A DNA stretch of 64,000 nucleotides from positions 17,732,001 through 17,796,000 of the forward strand of contig OZ024760.1 of assembly GCA_964016885.1 (NCBI GenBank), written 5' to 3'. Below, in pieces: positions 28,595-42,862 of the stretch. How positions within the stretch are numbered: the stretch's first letter is position 1; every line of letters begins with the position of its first letter. Under the pieces are notes generated by a model. It searched no databases. It was not told the origin of the DNA and was given only the letters and a program-made list of their open reading frames with translations. This DNA is from Eledone cirrhosa. Lineage: Eukaryota. The position numbers and the translations under genes are program-made.

Positions 28595-31500
28595 ATCCCA
28601 GGTTCAATCGGGGGTAACCACAGTAAGTAAGGTGCTCAATACATATAGTATATTCCATTTTCTTACAAAAAAAAATGTGTGAAACGCAGCAAGGCGCGGG
28701 TAATTCGGCTAGTGTATGTATATATATATATATATATATATGTAAATTTTACAAAATTATTTATATTTACTTCCTGTTTCCTTTCAGAACGAAATCTCTA
28801 CAGACCCCGGCTAACATGTTTATCATCAACCTCGCTATGTCTGACTTAAGTTTCTCAGCTATTAATGGATTTCCGCTTAAAACGATATCAGCGTTTATGA
28901 AAAAGTGGATTTTCGGTAAAGTTGGTAAGTATATATAAATAAATATATTCATATTTTCAAAGTGAATTTTTTGTCAACCAAACTCTTAATTCTTTTTGTT
29001 AATTACGAAGAATACTTATGAAATATATATATATATATGTAGGCCTAGGCATGGTTCTGGATTCAGTCCAACTTTGTAACACCTTGGACGGGTGTCTTCT
29101 ACTATAACATCTGTAAACTTTCATCTACCTAGGTGCCAAATAGTGACATACAATTTGGAACATACATATCTCTAGATAGAACTGCCACTTCTCCGAATTG
29201 AGAGATCACAGCTCCGATATTATGGACTTGTGGTTAGAATGTCTCAGGAAAGAATCACTGGACATATTTGTAGCTCAGAGATCAGAAAGTCACTTCAGGT
29301 AGAGCCACTACTTCTCAAAATTGAGAGATCACAGCTCCGATATTATGGACTTGTGGTTAGAATGTCTCAGGAAAGAATCGCTTGACAGATTTGTAGCTTG
29401 GAGATCAGACAATGACTCCAGGTAGAGCCACTACTTCTCTGAATTGAGAGATTACAGCTCCGATATCATGAGCATGTGGTTAGAATGTTTCAGGAAAGAA
29501 TTACTGGATAGATTTTACGGGCAAAGCCAACTGGTAGGAGACCCAGGGGTAGACGAATAACTTCCATGAGCTTGGCTGGTCTCGCTTGGGGATCCAGCTG
29601 GATCAGTTGGAGCCAGTTGCTTCTGACAGGACCTGCTGGAAGGAGTGTTTGAGGACTCTGTCCCCAAGACCCTCTCAGGAATAAGTGGGCGAAGAAGACG
29701 AGAAGATACAATAATTTTTATATATTAAGATAATGTATATAACATCTTAACTATAAGAAATGAGTGCGGGACTGCGTCCAGAATATTTTTTTTATCCCGT
29801 TTGTATATTACATAATTTATGAACATATATTTCCGTCGCTAATTTTCTCCTAATGCAGTTTATATATAATATCGTCTTTTTTTAATGTATCATGGATTAC
29901 TTTACTGATTACAGAAGAGAGTATAACACAAACTCTCTTCAATTTGTGTGGATATTGTCAATTACGAATTTATTTGACATATCATATCTACATGCATGTA
30001 TATTTGCGTATAATATCAATATACACACTACACATGACAGCAGAAAACCACACGAAGGGTATTTTTTCTGCTAGTAATAGTTAATATATTTTTTGTTATA
30101 TACTTTCTGTATGGTGGTTTGGCAGTATCGGTAGAGGGTCTGACACCATGCTTTGCAGCAAAAGAGTTACGGCCCTTTATGGTCTGAGTTCAAATCCCGC
30201 CGAGGTTAACTTTGCCTTTCCTGCTTACGAGGTCGATAAAATAAAGCACCAGTAATACACAGGGATAATTGCTGGCCTTGTGCTAAAAGTAGAAACACTT
30301 ATTAATTCAGTCCCCTCCTCCTTTTAATCTCTTCAACATTCCTTTCCATGTATCACACATTATCTTATTTAAAATATCTTAATTAAAATATACATCTAAT
30401 TTTTAAAATTTTCTTATTTAAAAATATCTTATTTTTAAATATATATTTTCCATATAATTAATTCAGCCCTCGTATCCTTTAAATCTCCAATCGTTGAAAT
30501 CCTTCAGCATTCCTTTCCATGTATCAAACGTTATCTTATATTCATCTTATTTTAAAATATTCTTTTTCTCTCTATTTCTAGCTTGTCAACTTTATGGTTT
30601 GCTGGGCGGTATCTTCGGATTCATGTCAATCAACACCATGGCTATGATTTCCATTGATCGTTACAATGTAATCGGTAGACCTATGGCGGCATCCAAGAAA
30701 ATGTCGCATAGAAGGGCTTTCCTTATGATTATCTTTGTGTGGATGTGGTCCATTGTTTGGGCAGTCGGACCAGTCTTCAACTGGGGTGCATACGTCCCTG
30801 AAGGAATCCTCACATCTTGCTCTTTTGATTATCTCTCTACCGATTCCAGTACCAGATCTTTCATCTTGTGCATGTACTTCTGCGGTTTCATGTTACCCAT
30901 AATTATCATCGCCTTCTGTTACTTCAACATTGTCATGTCTGTATCCAACCACGAAAAAGAGATGGCCGCCATGGCAAAGAGGTTGAACGCCAAAGAATTG
31001 CGTAAGGCACAGGCTGGCCAGAGCGCTGAAATGAAATTGGCCAAAATTTCAATGGTGATTATTACCCAATTCATGCTCTCCTGGTCTCCATACGCCATCA
31101 TTGCTCTTCTTGCACAGTTTGGCCCTGCTGAATGGGTTACTCCATATGCAGCTGAATTGCCTGTACTGTTTGCTAAAGCTTCAGCTATCCACAACCCGAT
31201 TGTCTACTCTGTCTCTCATCCTAAATTCAGAGAGGCCATCCAAAACACATTCCCCTGGTTGCTGACTTGTTGTCAATTCAATGAGAAAGAATGCGAAGAT
31301 GCTAACGATGCCGAGGAAGAGGTCGTAGCATCCGAGGGCGGCGGCGGTGAATCCGCTGATGCTGCACAAATGAAAGAGATGATGGCTATGATGCAGAAAA
31401 TGCAGGCACAACAAGCTGCCTACCAACCACCACCACCACCCCAGGGCTACCCACCCCAGGGCTACCCACCACAGGGCTACCCACCACAGGGCGCATACCC

Positions 31501-31630
31501 ACCACAGGCCGCATACCCACCCCAAGGCTACCCACCCCAAGGTTACCCACCCCAAGGAGCACCACCCCAAGTAGAGGCCCCACAAGGAGCACCACCGCAA
31601 GGAGTCGACAACCAAGCTTACCAAGCTTGA
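27324..31630 (+). CDS. RHO: Rhodopsin (rhabdomeric Gq-coupled opsin), 3 coding exons 27324-27508, 28788-28924, 30582-31630; 456 aa
   Basis: Spliced ORF MVESTTLVNQTWWYNPTVDIHPHW...DNQAYQA*. GT-AG introns with compatible phases (185+137+1049=1371 nt). DRY motif, C109/C187, E181, retinal-binding K306 in FAKASAIHNPIVY, r-opsin HPKFR motif and the cephalopod PPQGY tail are all present. Confidence 0.99.
27679..28372. repeat. 35-bp minisatellite (~20 copies) in a rhodopsin intron
   Basis: Unit TTTTAAAACTACAAGTTTGAGAGAAAGATTGGACA; homogeneous 5' part, divergent 3' part. Confidence 0.97.
28788..28924 (+). CDS. RHO: Rhodopsin coding exon 2
   Basis: ctttcag|A ACG AAA TCT (TKSLQTPANMFIINLAMSDL...WIFGKV); donor G|gtaagt at 28925 (phase 1). 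Confidence 0.98.
29150..29705 (+). mobile_element. RTE-like LINE 3' end with a triplicated ~125-bp segment, in a rhodopsin intron
   Basis: IERSQLRYYGLVVRMSQERI-type motif three times, then PTGRRPRGR; related piece on - at ~2395-2525. Confidence 0.75.
30582..31630 (+). CDS. RHO: Rhodopsin coding exon 3 (TM3 to C-terminus)
   Basis: tttctag|CT TGT CAA; encodes TM3-TM7, K306 and the proline-rich tail; ends TGA. Confidence 0.99.
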
Positions 31631-32235
31631 GTGGCGCGACATTGAAGAATCACTTAGAATTCTGTTGTAGAAACTGCAAAAAAAGTGTTATCACTGGAAA
31701 GACTCTTCTTGAACAAGGCAGAAAAAAAAAAAAAAAAAACCTGTTCAACGTTTTTTTTTGTGCTCTTTTATAAAATTTTTTTCTTCAAATTTTTATTTTA
31801 AATATTGAAGCAAAATGGTTTATCGGAATAGAGTTAAAGTATTTTCTATTTGTTGTTTATTTCGAAAGAGATGGAAAAAAAAAAAAAAGGTTTTGTTTCA
31901 TATTTTTTCTCTCTCAAGAAAAAAAAAGAAAAAACTGGAAAACCAAAGATTCGCGATTGGTGTAAATAGCAGAGCAATGGGTCGCATCATTGTCCTCTCA
32001 TCTGCACGAATGACGTCAATACCATCTGCTTAGAGAGTTAGCAATTCGTTGCTAATTAAAGTTTGGTTTCCTATGAGTTTGCATGTAAATACTGTCCAAA
32101 TATTAACGGCTACGACTTGTGCATATTAATACTCAATTCTAGCCACCCAACCTCTTCTATCTCCTCCCACCCCCACCTCAATGATTCGAAATGAAAAAAA
32201 AGAAAAAATAAACCAAAAAAAAACAACAACTTAGT

Positions 32236-32241
32236 AATAAA
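32236..32241 (+). terminator. Candidate polyadenylation signal of rhodopsin
   Basis: First AATAAA I find after the stop codon (~600 nt downstream); further AATAAA at ~32705 and ~32755. Confidence 0.35.
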
Positions 32242-33892
32242 TTTCGTTTGGTTAGCAAAGCAATCCATATATATACATACATATATATATATATATGTGT
32301 GTATATACTATATATCTATCTATATATATATACTATATATTGTTTCCAAATATATATATATACTATATATATATATCGAGTTTTCTTACTCTATTTTGTG
32401 TTTTATAAATATTTTTTCTTTTTTTTCGAAACTTAAGTATATTTCTATCCTTTTTTTTCTTCTTCATAATTAACATTTTTCATAGGTTTATTTTTTCAAA
32501 TTTTTCTTGCCAAGAATAGAATAATAATTAACTAAATAAATTAATTATTAAATATTTAAATATATTAAAAAACATTTTTAACATACCAACACTTACAAAA
32601 TTTAATGAATATTTTTTTTATTTAGTTTGTCTATTTCGTATTTTAAATCTAATTTTAGTGATCAATACTTTTCAACGTTAAATCTATTCCAATATTAATA
32701 TTTCAATAAAGAAATCGATTTTAGTATATCTTTTCTTTTTCTTCTTTTTATTTGAATAAATTAACCGAAAATATAACCACTTATTATGAATCCCCATTGT
32801 ACTTATATGCCAATCCAAACCTTTTTTTTTTTTTTTCAAAAATTGTCTTCCCCAAGCGAAAATATTTCAGTCTTTGAAAGTCCCACCTTCATTATTCTAA
32901 AATAAAATAACCAATTATTGAATTTTAAAAAACATGTCTCTTATTTATTTTTTTCTTCCATATCTATCTATCAACTTATCTATCTATATATATATATATT
33001 TGAAAATATCACTTTCAAATATCTACAACTGCGTCAAGCCAAGGAATTTCTTTTTATTTCTAATATATCAATATCTAATTCTCTAATTACCTGTTATTGT
33101 TTTAGATTTATGCTTTAAGATTTATCCGCTCCAAAGTTTTTTCTTCTACTAATTAATATTAATTAATTATCTGACTAACACCGGGAGATTTATTATTCCT
33201 TTTGTTTCGGACAGCAAATAACATTTTAACCGAAAATAGAAATACCATAACGGTACCAAATCTTTTTCTTCCCAATACCAAACTAACAAAGAAACAACAA
33301 CAACATATAAAGATATAATTATCTTACAAATGAGACAATATCAATCATTTGTTTTTATATACAACCTTCCTTTTTTTGTTTCCAATTTAAATTTCTTAAT
33401 GTTTTATAAATCGATATTGTCTCTCTCTTTTTTTGTTATCTATCTATCCAACTATCTATCCAAACTACATATCTACCTACCTACTTACCTATCTATCTAT
33501 CAATTTATCTATCTAACTAACTATTTATCTACCTATCTATCAATTTTACTAACTATTTATTTATCTATCTATCTACCTATCTATCTATCTATCTATATGT
33601 CTATTTTCTTAATCTAACCTATCTATCTATATGTCTATTTTCTTATCCATCTATCTATCTATCTATCTATCTATCCATCCATCCATCAATCTATCGTTTT
33701 CCTGTTGTCTCCATTTCCTTTTCTTTCTTTCTTTTTTCCTTTCTTTCATGTATCCTCTTTATACTTTTTTTGCTTTTTAATTTTGATTTTAAATATATCA
33801 ATGTGAATTTAAAAGACATAGTAAATATTATGTGCTGGCGTGTAACAGATTGCATGCCTGCGTGAGTGCGTGTGTGTGTGTATTCATGTGTA

Positions 33893-33921
<29 letters not shown>

Positions 33922-33923
<2 letters not shown>

Positions 33924-34133
33924 GGAAAATGTTTAACTCCGACGGCAGAGCTCAAGCCGTTTCGACGGCTATTTCTGAACTTAATCTTAATTCAAGTCCA
34001 GAAATAGCCGTCGAAACGGCTTGAGCTCTGCTGTCGGGGTTTAACATTTTCCTATTACCCACTCTACTACCCTAAGTATTGAGTACTCTGGTGCGTTATG
34101 GTCCATCTGGTTCCTTACCACACTTCCTTCGTT
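33922..34133. mobile_element. Truncated, inverted copy of the 37304-38590 family (others at 43551-43757, 44289-44448, 52668-52872; variants 19240-19345, 43062-43125)
   Basis: Shared tail ...CCTATTACCCACTCTACTACC...CCTTCGTT plus a palindrome centred in hammerhead stem II; (TA)n at one or both ends. Confidence 0.75.
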
Positions 34134-34330
34134 ATATATATATATATATATATATATATGCTTATACATGCATATATCGATATGAAAGATGTTGCACAGT
34201 GGAGTGTATATACTACATATATTATTAATATTTAAATTTGCAATGTTTACCTGTACAAATATTTCGAATAGCCAAAATTTCTGTAAATATATATACGGCG
34301 AGACTACTACTACTACTACTACTTTTACGG

Positions 34331-34363
<33 letters not shown>

Positions 34364-34987
34364 TATTATCAGGCCTCAAACGAAAAGTTAACCTGTTTAC
34401 ATTTAAATGTGTTCTGAGATTTGAAACGAATTAATATGAGTTTAAGTAACAGAAAATATAAAATTATGTGATCTGATAAATACTAGACAAGGTCATCCAA
34501 CGGCAACACAGGAACAAGAAGAGATTCAAATCAAATTTGTTTCTTATATGTTAAATTTAACCTTAAAGATTGCAATTTTAATTCAAACTTCCTGGCTAAA
34601 TGAGACCGCTTACGGAATGAATGATAAAAAAAATGAATTAAGATTAAGACAGAGAAATTATAGTGTGAAGGATATTCCATAGAAAATGTAAGAATATAGT
34701 CAGAAAAGAAAGAGAACAAATTTGGAAGTCATTAAATATAAGCTAAACAAATTATTACTACAATGGAATATAACGTGAGGCTTGTATGGAAGACCAGAAG
34801 GGTTTAAAAAAAACCATGATCGAACAATAACGGAATATATTAAGAAGCAAGTTAGGTGTTTTAACCTATCATATACAAGCAAGCCCCATCTCTGTCCCTC
34901 CAAAGTACTATAAAGACTTTAAAGAAATTTACATAGAAAAAAATAAAGAACATTTAAAAAAACACCTCTGCTAGTTATATATACATA

Positions 34988-35041
<54 letters not shown>

Positions 35042-35124
35042 AGTAGATGTTTTTATATATATATATATATCTAGTAGATGTTTTTATATATATATATATA
35101 TATATATATCTATATCTAGTAGAT

Positions 35125-35166
<42 letters not shown>

Positions 35167-35175
35167 AGTAGATGT

Positions 35176-35233
<58 letters not shown>

Positions 35234-35242
35234 AGTAGATGT

Positions 35243-35421
<179 letters not shown>

Positions 35422-35449
35422 TATATGTATATATATATGTATGTATATG

Positions 35450-35482
<33 letters not shown>

Positions 35483-35493
35483 GTATGTATATG

Positions 35494-35526
<33 letters not shown>

Positions 35527-37069
35527 GTATGTATATGTATATATATATATATGTATATATATATATGTGTATGTATATATATATATATAGTGTGTGTATT
35601 TATGTATGTATATAAATATTGTCCACGATAAGATCAATGGATCGAAGTTCTTTACATATAGACCTCAGGGGTTTCTACCCCATTTTCGTTACAATCGCTG
35701 TATTACATTTGCAAATTTCTGGAAATACATTTTTACAGCACCAACTTAACGACTTCTTTTTAAATATTTTCTTGCTTTCTTGAATTTTTCTAAATGTGTT
35801 TTCTTTGGCTATTGGCATATGTGTATATGTATGTGTGTATGCGTACGTGTGTGTATGTATGTGTGTGTGTTTATTTGTATGTGTGTGTATGCATGTATAT
35901 GTCTGAGTATGTATGCATGCATGTACGTGCGTATGTCTATCAGCCTATATACGTATGTATGTGTCCATGAATGTGAATACGTATGTGTGTATTCATGTAT
36001 GTATGTGTATGTCTGTATGTATGTGTATGTGTCTCTGTGTATGTATGGATGCATCTACGTGTGTATATCTGTCTGTGTCTATATACGTATGTATGTCTAT
36101 GTATGTATGTATGTATGTATGTATGTATGTATGTATGTATGTGTCTATAAATGTGTATACGTATGGGCGTATGCATGTATGTGTTTGTATGTATGTGTGT
36201 GTATGTATGTGTGTCTATGTGTGTGTGACTACATATGTATGTCTATATGTGTGTATCTGTATGTATGTGTCTGTATGTATGTGTCTGTATGTATGTGTCT
36301 GTATGTATGTGTCTGTATGTATGTGTCTATGTGTGAGTGTATGTATGTGTATGTATGCATTGTTATTACTGTTTAATCCAGCCTCAAGCCCATGGTGTGG
36401 CTACCCAAGACATTTTAAAACAATTTAAGACACTGGTTGTTACTTAACATACTTCCTTGATACGAAGTATTTCAACTTGGTACGTAAGATCTTACGAAGG
36501 TCTGAGCTCTTACAAGGAACAATTGCTACACACCACAGAACAAAGTTACGTGGGAAAACACAAACAGATACTATACAAGTATTATACAGAATTCCCAAGA
36601 AACATAGGTGATTCATTATAGAAGCAACACTTACATCGCAATACAACACCAAGATTAATATACAGGCTGCAGTACAAGGCTAACCAAACAAACATCATAC
36701 AGACGTCTTGACTTATGACGTTGAAATCGAACGGTGAATTTTCAGGAGCCAACTTCCAGTAAGAAAGCAATTACATTAGTGGAAGAAGAAAGAACAGCAT
36801 AAAATGTTACTTCAGTACATTACTGGTACTTTATTTTATCGACCCCGTAAGGATGATTTGCAAAGTTAACCTCAGCAGAATTTGAACTCAGACCGTAAAG
36901 AACCGTAACTTTATGCTGCAAAGCATAAAAGTGACAGTAAAAATAGACCAACAACACTCTACGTACTAATGATGAGACTGTGAAAGTCTAAAAACGTCGA
37001 TTGAATTATGAATTTAGGAACTTTGCAGTTAATTACATAATACATATAATACACACACACATACGTATT

Positions 37070-37112
<43 letters not shown>

Positions 37113-37317
37113 AGGGTAAAATTCCCGAGATCCATGGACGAGTTCTTTCCAGCGGTCTCTGTCCCTCATCATCGATGCCATATCCTGCGTCTCCAAGAGA
37201 CCTGTGTCTGTCCTTAGGGTATCAACATGTCAACCTCGGTCTCCCTCTTCTAGTGTATATACATCTATTTATATATTTGCATATATATAACTATATATAT
37301 ATATAGGAACCAGTAAG

Positions 37318-37411
37318 ACCCCGACAGCTGAGCTCAAGCCGTTTCGACGGCTAATTCTGGACTAAATGAAAATTTATCCTGGTATTTAAATAGCCGATCT
37401 TCTCAAGGGGT
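37318..37411 (-). ncRNA. Inverted second copy of the U3-A8 type I hammerhead
   Basis: Reverse complement of 38404-38497, within the left arm of the long inverted repeat. Confidence 0.75.
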
Positions 37412-38403
37412 AATTCCATATATGGTCAAAGTGATTGTCAAAAATCAGTAGTAATTCTGTGGTTGCAAATTAGTAGGGGAGATGGTGACTAAACCTGCCA
37501 GTAGGAGAAAGAGGGGAGGGGGTGGAGTAGACCCAATCAAGCGTTGGTAGTGCCAGCTACAGCTGGGCATGAGGTCAAAGAAGATACAGGGGAGGGGGAG
37601 GGGGAGGAAGTCGGAACGGTAGGTAGAACAATGGGGGGTAGAAATAGGTAGAACAATGGGGGGTAGAAATAGGTAGAAATAGAAAGGGGAGAAATTTTAT
37701 TTCTCCGTATTCTACCTTTATTTCGTACGAACTTTCATGTAGCTTGTTTTAGATCTTTTAGAGTTAGCATTAGTATATATTTTTCCCGGGACTCAGAATT
37801 ATTATCTCGTACAAGTTCACTTTGCTGCACTGGGTCGTTGCTGGCCCGGGATGGAAACCTTTATTGTTTATTTCGTGGTAGTCTCTTTAGTATTTTGGCC
37901 CCTTTTGTTGACCCGTCACCGTATCATTTACGTACTTATACCTCTTAAAAGGGTCCTTGCCTTATCCGTCACACCTAGTTCTCTTACTTATTTCCTTATT
38001 TATTTATTTATTTATTTATTTACTTCTTTCTTTCTTTCTTTATTTTATTCTCGCCTAACAATAGCCTGACACCTAGGTCGTTGAATTTAATTTACTTTAC
38101 TTTTTCTTTTTTTTTTCTTTTTCTTTACACTTATTTGCTTTTCTTCACTCTCAGTATTTTTTCTTTCCTATTTCTACCCCCCATTGTTCTACCTACCGTT
38201 CCGACTTCCTCCCCCTCCCCCTCCCCTGTATCTTCTTTGACCTCATGCCCAGCTGTAGCTGGCACTACCAACGCTTGATTGGGTCTACTCCACCCCCTCC
38301 CCTCTTTCTCCTACTGGCAGGTTTAGTCACCATCTCCCCTACTAATTTGCAACCACAGAATTACTACTGATTTTTGACAATCACTTTGACCATATATGGA
38401 ATT

Positions 38404-38497
38404 ACCCCTTGAGAAGATCGGCTATTTAAATACCAGGATAAATTTTCATTTAGTCCAGAATTAGCCGTCGAAACGGCTTGAGCTCAGCTGTCGGGGT
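38404..38497 (+). ncRNA. Type I hammerhead ribozyme, U3-A8 variant core
   Basis: Stem I ACCCC/GGGGT; core TTGAGAA; stem II GA(T)CGGCTA/TAGCCGTC; GAAA; stem III ACGGCT/AGCTGT; GTC cleavage triplet ending at 38492. Confidence 0.75.
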
Positions 38498-38588
38498 CTT
38501 ACTGGTTCCTATTACCCACTCTACTACCTCAAGTATTGAGTACTTTGGTGCGTTATGGTCCACCTGGTTCCTTACCACATTTCCTTCG

Positions 38589-38630
<42 letters not shown>

Positions 38631-38843
38631 GAACGATCGACTTTCGTCAAATCGGACCGAGGGAACAATGTTTCCGTTGGTCTTTCCAATTGCTAATACT
38701 CTCTATCGGTCGCAACTCCAGGTAGAAGGAGCAACGTGAAATAAAGTGTCTTGCTCAAGGACATAACGCATCGCCTGGTCCAGGAATCGAACTCACAATC
38801 TTACGATTGCGAATCCAATTCTCTAACCACTCAGCCACACGCC

Positions 38844-38921
<78 letters not shown>

Positions 38922-39151
38922 TTGAAAAAAAGGAAAAGAATCACTTCACTTGTAATTCTAAATAATTTGATTTAATTCTATAATATTATGAGTTGGTAGA
39001 TCTAGTAAGTTCTTTGTTAACTTCGGTAGGAAGAATTTTAAAGATTCATGGTTTACTTTCTTGGAGAACTTTCTTGCAATAATCGGTGGTGATTGTCAAA
39101 CTGAGATCAGGTTGTGTTGTAATGTGTGTGACTCTATATATAAGAGTGATT

Positions 39152-39199
<48 letters not shown>

Positions 39200-40242
39200 A
39201 ATACGAAGGAGTGCTGTAAAGTTCCTCGCTTGATCGTTACTACAGAGGCCTTTTGAAGGCCAACATTCCGAATTCTTTTTACAGGGCTTAGAAATACCGA
39301 AGGACCGCTGCAAAAAGTGTGTGAATCTGAAAGGGGAATATTTCCTTATTTATATTCCGTAAACCAACCACTAACATGCCCTTAATACCAGTATAGAGGA
39401 GACAAGCTCTATCAAATTTCAGATGTCATATTACGCGGTTTCTGCATAATAATGGTTCCTTATATAGGCACAAAGCCAACGATTTTAGGGGGGGGGGGTC
39501 GATTATATCGACCCCAGTACAATACTAGTACTTTATTTTACTGACCCTGTAAGGATGAAATGCAAAGTTAACCTCGGCGGGATTTGAACTTAGAACCTAA
39601 AGGGCCTAAAGCACCGCAGAGCAGTTTCTGCATAATAATAAGCAATACTTGGCAGTATCGGTAGAGGGTCGGACGCTACGCTTTGCAGCATAGAGTTACG
39701 GTTCTTTACGGTCTGAGTTCAAATCCCGCCGAGGTTAACTTTGAAAATCATCCTTATGGGGTCGATAAAATAAAGTACCAGTAATGTACTGAAATAATTG
39801 CTGGCCTTGTGCCAAAAATAGAAACAATTATTATTATCCGTAGCGACTACGACTCCATTTGTGTAATAATCTTTACCAACCAGACCCATACCCGGGACTA
39901 ACAGATAAATTTGTTTAAAAACGGTAGAATGTTATCACACCTAACAAACCGAAATCTCTGCAAACCTCGTTAGCCTTATCCAAACCTGCCCTGAACCATG
40001 TGAAATTACAAATACTTATCAAAGGCTTAAAACATAACCTACTTTTAAAATGTTTAATACGAAAGTAAGATCCCAAAGAAATAAAGCAAGGAGACTCAAA
40101 TATCATATTTAACCAACAATGAAAAGTCCCAACAAAACTAAATGTTAGTTTTGAAGTTAAATTAGATAAATATATGTTTAAATATAAAATTACTAACTAG
40201 AAATATCTTAAATCAATTCAAGTAAAGGTTAACCAAATTTAA

Positions 40243-40436
40243 CCCTTTAGCATTTACATTACTCTATATATACTATTGTATTTTTGTGGTAAAGGTTTTA
40301 TCTCACATAATATCGAATCTATGAGATTTTGATTTTATTTATTTTGAGAACAATAGTTTAACATCAGTGTGAGTGGCCAGTTACGGCCGGTTTGAACAGT
40401 AAAAGGTGAGAGAATTCTGGTTTAAATGCTAAAGGG
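40243..40436. mobile_element. piggyBac-like MITE
   Basis: TTAA|CCCTTTAGCATTTA...TAAATGCTAAAGGG|TTAA. Confidence 0.8.
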
Positions 40437-42596
40437 TTAAAGGCTTTTAAACAGATTTGTATAAACGAAATAAATATTGAAATATATTCTAAACTTTTAA
40501 ACTGTACAAATATATAGAATCTAAATAAATTCATTAAAAAAAATGTATACACGAAACAAACATTATTTAAATGAACCAAAATTAAAAATTATCCTAAATA
40601 TTTGAACCAAATTATCAATAAATAGATTAATTAAATAAATAAAACAAATGAAATTTTAAAATGAGTCAAAATTAATAATGAAATCCACTCATCTTAATTT
40701 CTCCGTGCTTCTCTTCAACTGACCGAAACTAAACTGACTTTTGGCGGAAGTAGAATCAGACTGCCCACTTCCGTCTTTGACAAAAGAGTTTACCTGATGC
40801 TTTAGAGACAATCAAGCTACCGAGTTAGCCACACGCTAGAAAGGGCGGTGAATTGGCAGAATCGGTAGAGCGTCGGACAACTTGCTCCGCGACACAGAAT
40901 CACGGCCTTTTACGTTCTGAGTTCAAGTCTTATCGAGGTTAGTTTTGCCTTTCATCCTTACGGGACCGATAAAATAAAGTACCAGTAATGCACTGGGTCG
41001 ATTTAATCGACTTTCCCCGCCCCTAAAATTATTGGCCGTGTGCAACTCAGAAACCAATATATAATTTCTGAGAGTAAAAATTTTTGATATCTTTCTAGTC
41101 TATTGGGAAGTCCTCTTCTGTGTATATACACCGGGTGTTCCCTCAAAATGTATACATTTTTGGGGAGACCCTCTGTGTGTATATATAACAATCAAAGAGT
41201 GTTTAAGAACATTTAATTACTAACGATCATTTCATCCAAGCACTTGCAATTGGATAATATTTAATATTACCCACATTTTATATATATAAAATGAGAAAAT
41301 ATATAAATACCACCATATTACTTGGACAGTCGGCTTCCTAATGATTTCTCCGAAATGAAACAGTTCTAGTCCTGTAGAAGCCTTTCTACATTATATATTT
41401 CTATATTATATATATATATATTAGTCGGACGCCATGCTTTGACGCATAGAGTTACGGCCGTTGCCATTCTGAGTTCAAATCCCGCCGAGATTAACTTTGC
41501 TTTTCATCTTTACGGGGGTCGATAAAATAAAGTACCAGTAATGCACTGGGTAATTGCTGACCTTGTGCCAAAAGTAGAAACAATTGTTATTATTATGAGT
41601 TCAAATCCCGCCGAGGTTGACCTTTGCCTTTCATCCTTACGGGGTCGATAAAATAAAATACCAGTAATGCACTGGGTATTTGCTGGCCTTGTGCCTAAAG
41701 TAGAAAGAATTATTATTATTATTATTAATGAGCGCTCGGAGGCCATATTGAGTTGATTTAGGTTTATTTAAAACTCCGTTTCACATATTTCACTGAAGAC
41801 TATTAATCATGATAGCCTGAGCTCATATATATATATATATATGTATATATATACATACATACACACATGTTCGGTGTCGTGGTAGCCATCATCAACAGTA
41901 AATTTTGTTGCTGTTCACCCAGACTTATGTTGTTCTTTTTTTTTTCTTAAATATAGGTTGGCCGGAAGTATTTATAAAACAATCTCCGCTCCACTCTCAA
42001 CTCTGCTATCATCTTCTCACAAAGCTTTTTATTAATACATAACATCTACAGATTTATTTAGTTATATATATATATATATTTATTTTTATAAACCACCAGT
42101 AGGAAAATGTAGAAGAGAAAGGAGAGGAAAGGAGGTGGGAAAAGTAAACATTCGTTGAATAGGCTTTGAACGTCTGCTTTGAAAGGACAAAGGACAGCCA
42201 TACCAGAAGATATCCAGCCCTTTCCCTTTAATCACAATAGCAGTAAATTAAAACATGGGGTTTATCCTTTGTGTCCCCTGCTCCACACTTTCTCTTATTT
42301 CATGTCTTAAACATAATATGTACAACAGTGTCGTCATCCCCCCCCCCCCCCCCCCCCCACACACACACAACGGTAAACGCTCTAAATTAGGGCAAAAGGG
42401 ACTGTATATATATATTGGTATATTGGTTATAAACATTGGTCCGCAAACCAAAGATGTGGGTTCGTGTCCATTGTACGTCAACACTCAGCCTTTTTATTTT
42501 CCATTCAGAGAGATTTTTTAAAAATCCCAACTAACAGGCTAATTTTATTTAGTCAAATACGGCGTATATGCATGTAACTACACACACACACACACT

Positions 42597-42668
<72 letters not shown>

Positions 42669-42862
42669 GTATAGGATTATCCAAGATGTAGTAATGGTTA
42701 ATTACTACACTGGATATGGTTGACGTACGGTAAGAGGTTACTCTACGAGTTATGGAAGAATTGTTGAAGAAACTTAGTTCCTGATCCTTCAGTATTCCGG
42801 AGTGTATATAAAGAATGAATAATAACAGGTAGACATCATAAAAAGGTAATTTTTTTCCGTGT

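Larger units (their letters stand above)
37304..38590. mobile_element. Penelope-like element remnant with ~345-bp inverted terminal arms
   Basis: 37304-~37650 is the reverse complement of ~38167-38512. Both arms carry a hammerhead and both ends abut (TA)n. Confidence 0.7.

Noticed and set aside
31410-31630. PPQGY proline-rich repeat as a novelty
   Set aside because: Well-known feature of cephalopod rhodopsins.
30919-31642. Antisense ORFs over rhodopsin exon 3
   Set aside because: Shadow frames of the opsin CDS and its PPQGY repeats.
36960-37000. Hammerhead-like remnants (36965 CTAATGA...AAAACGTC; 25219 CAGATGA...GAAAC; 60158 ATGACGA...GAAACGTC; ~59530-59570)
   Set aside because: Core nucleotides are mutated or stems are missing, so they cannot be supported as ribozymes.
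39840-40240. Possible mitochondrial insertion (strand-skewed composition)
   Set aside because: No recognisable mitochondrial protein or RNA in the frames I read.
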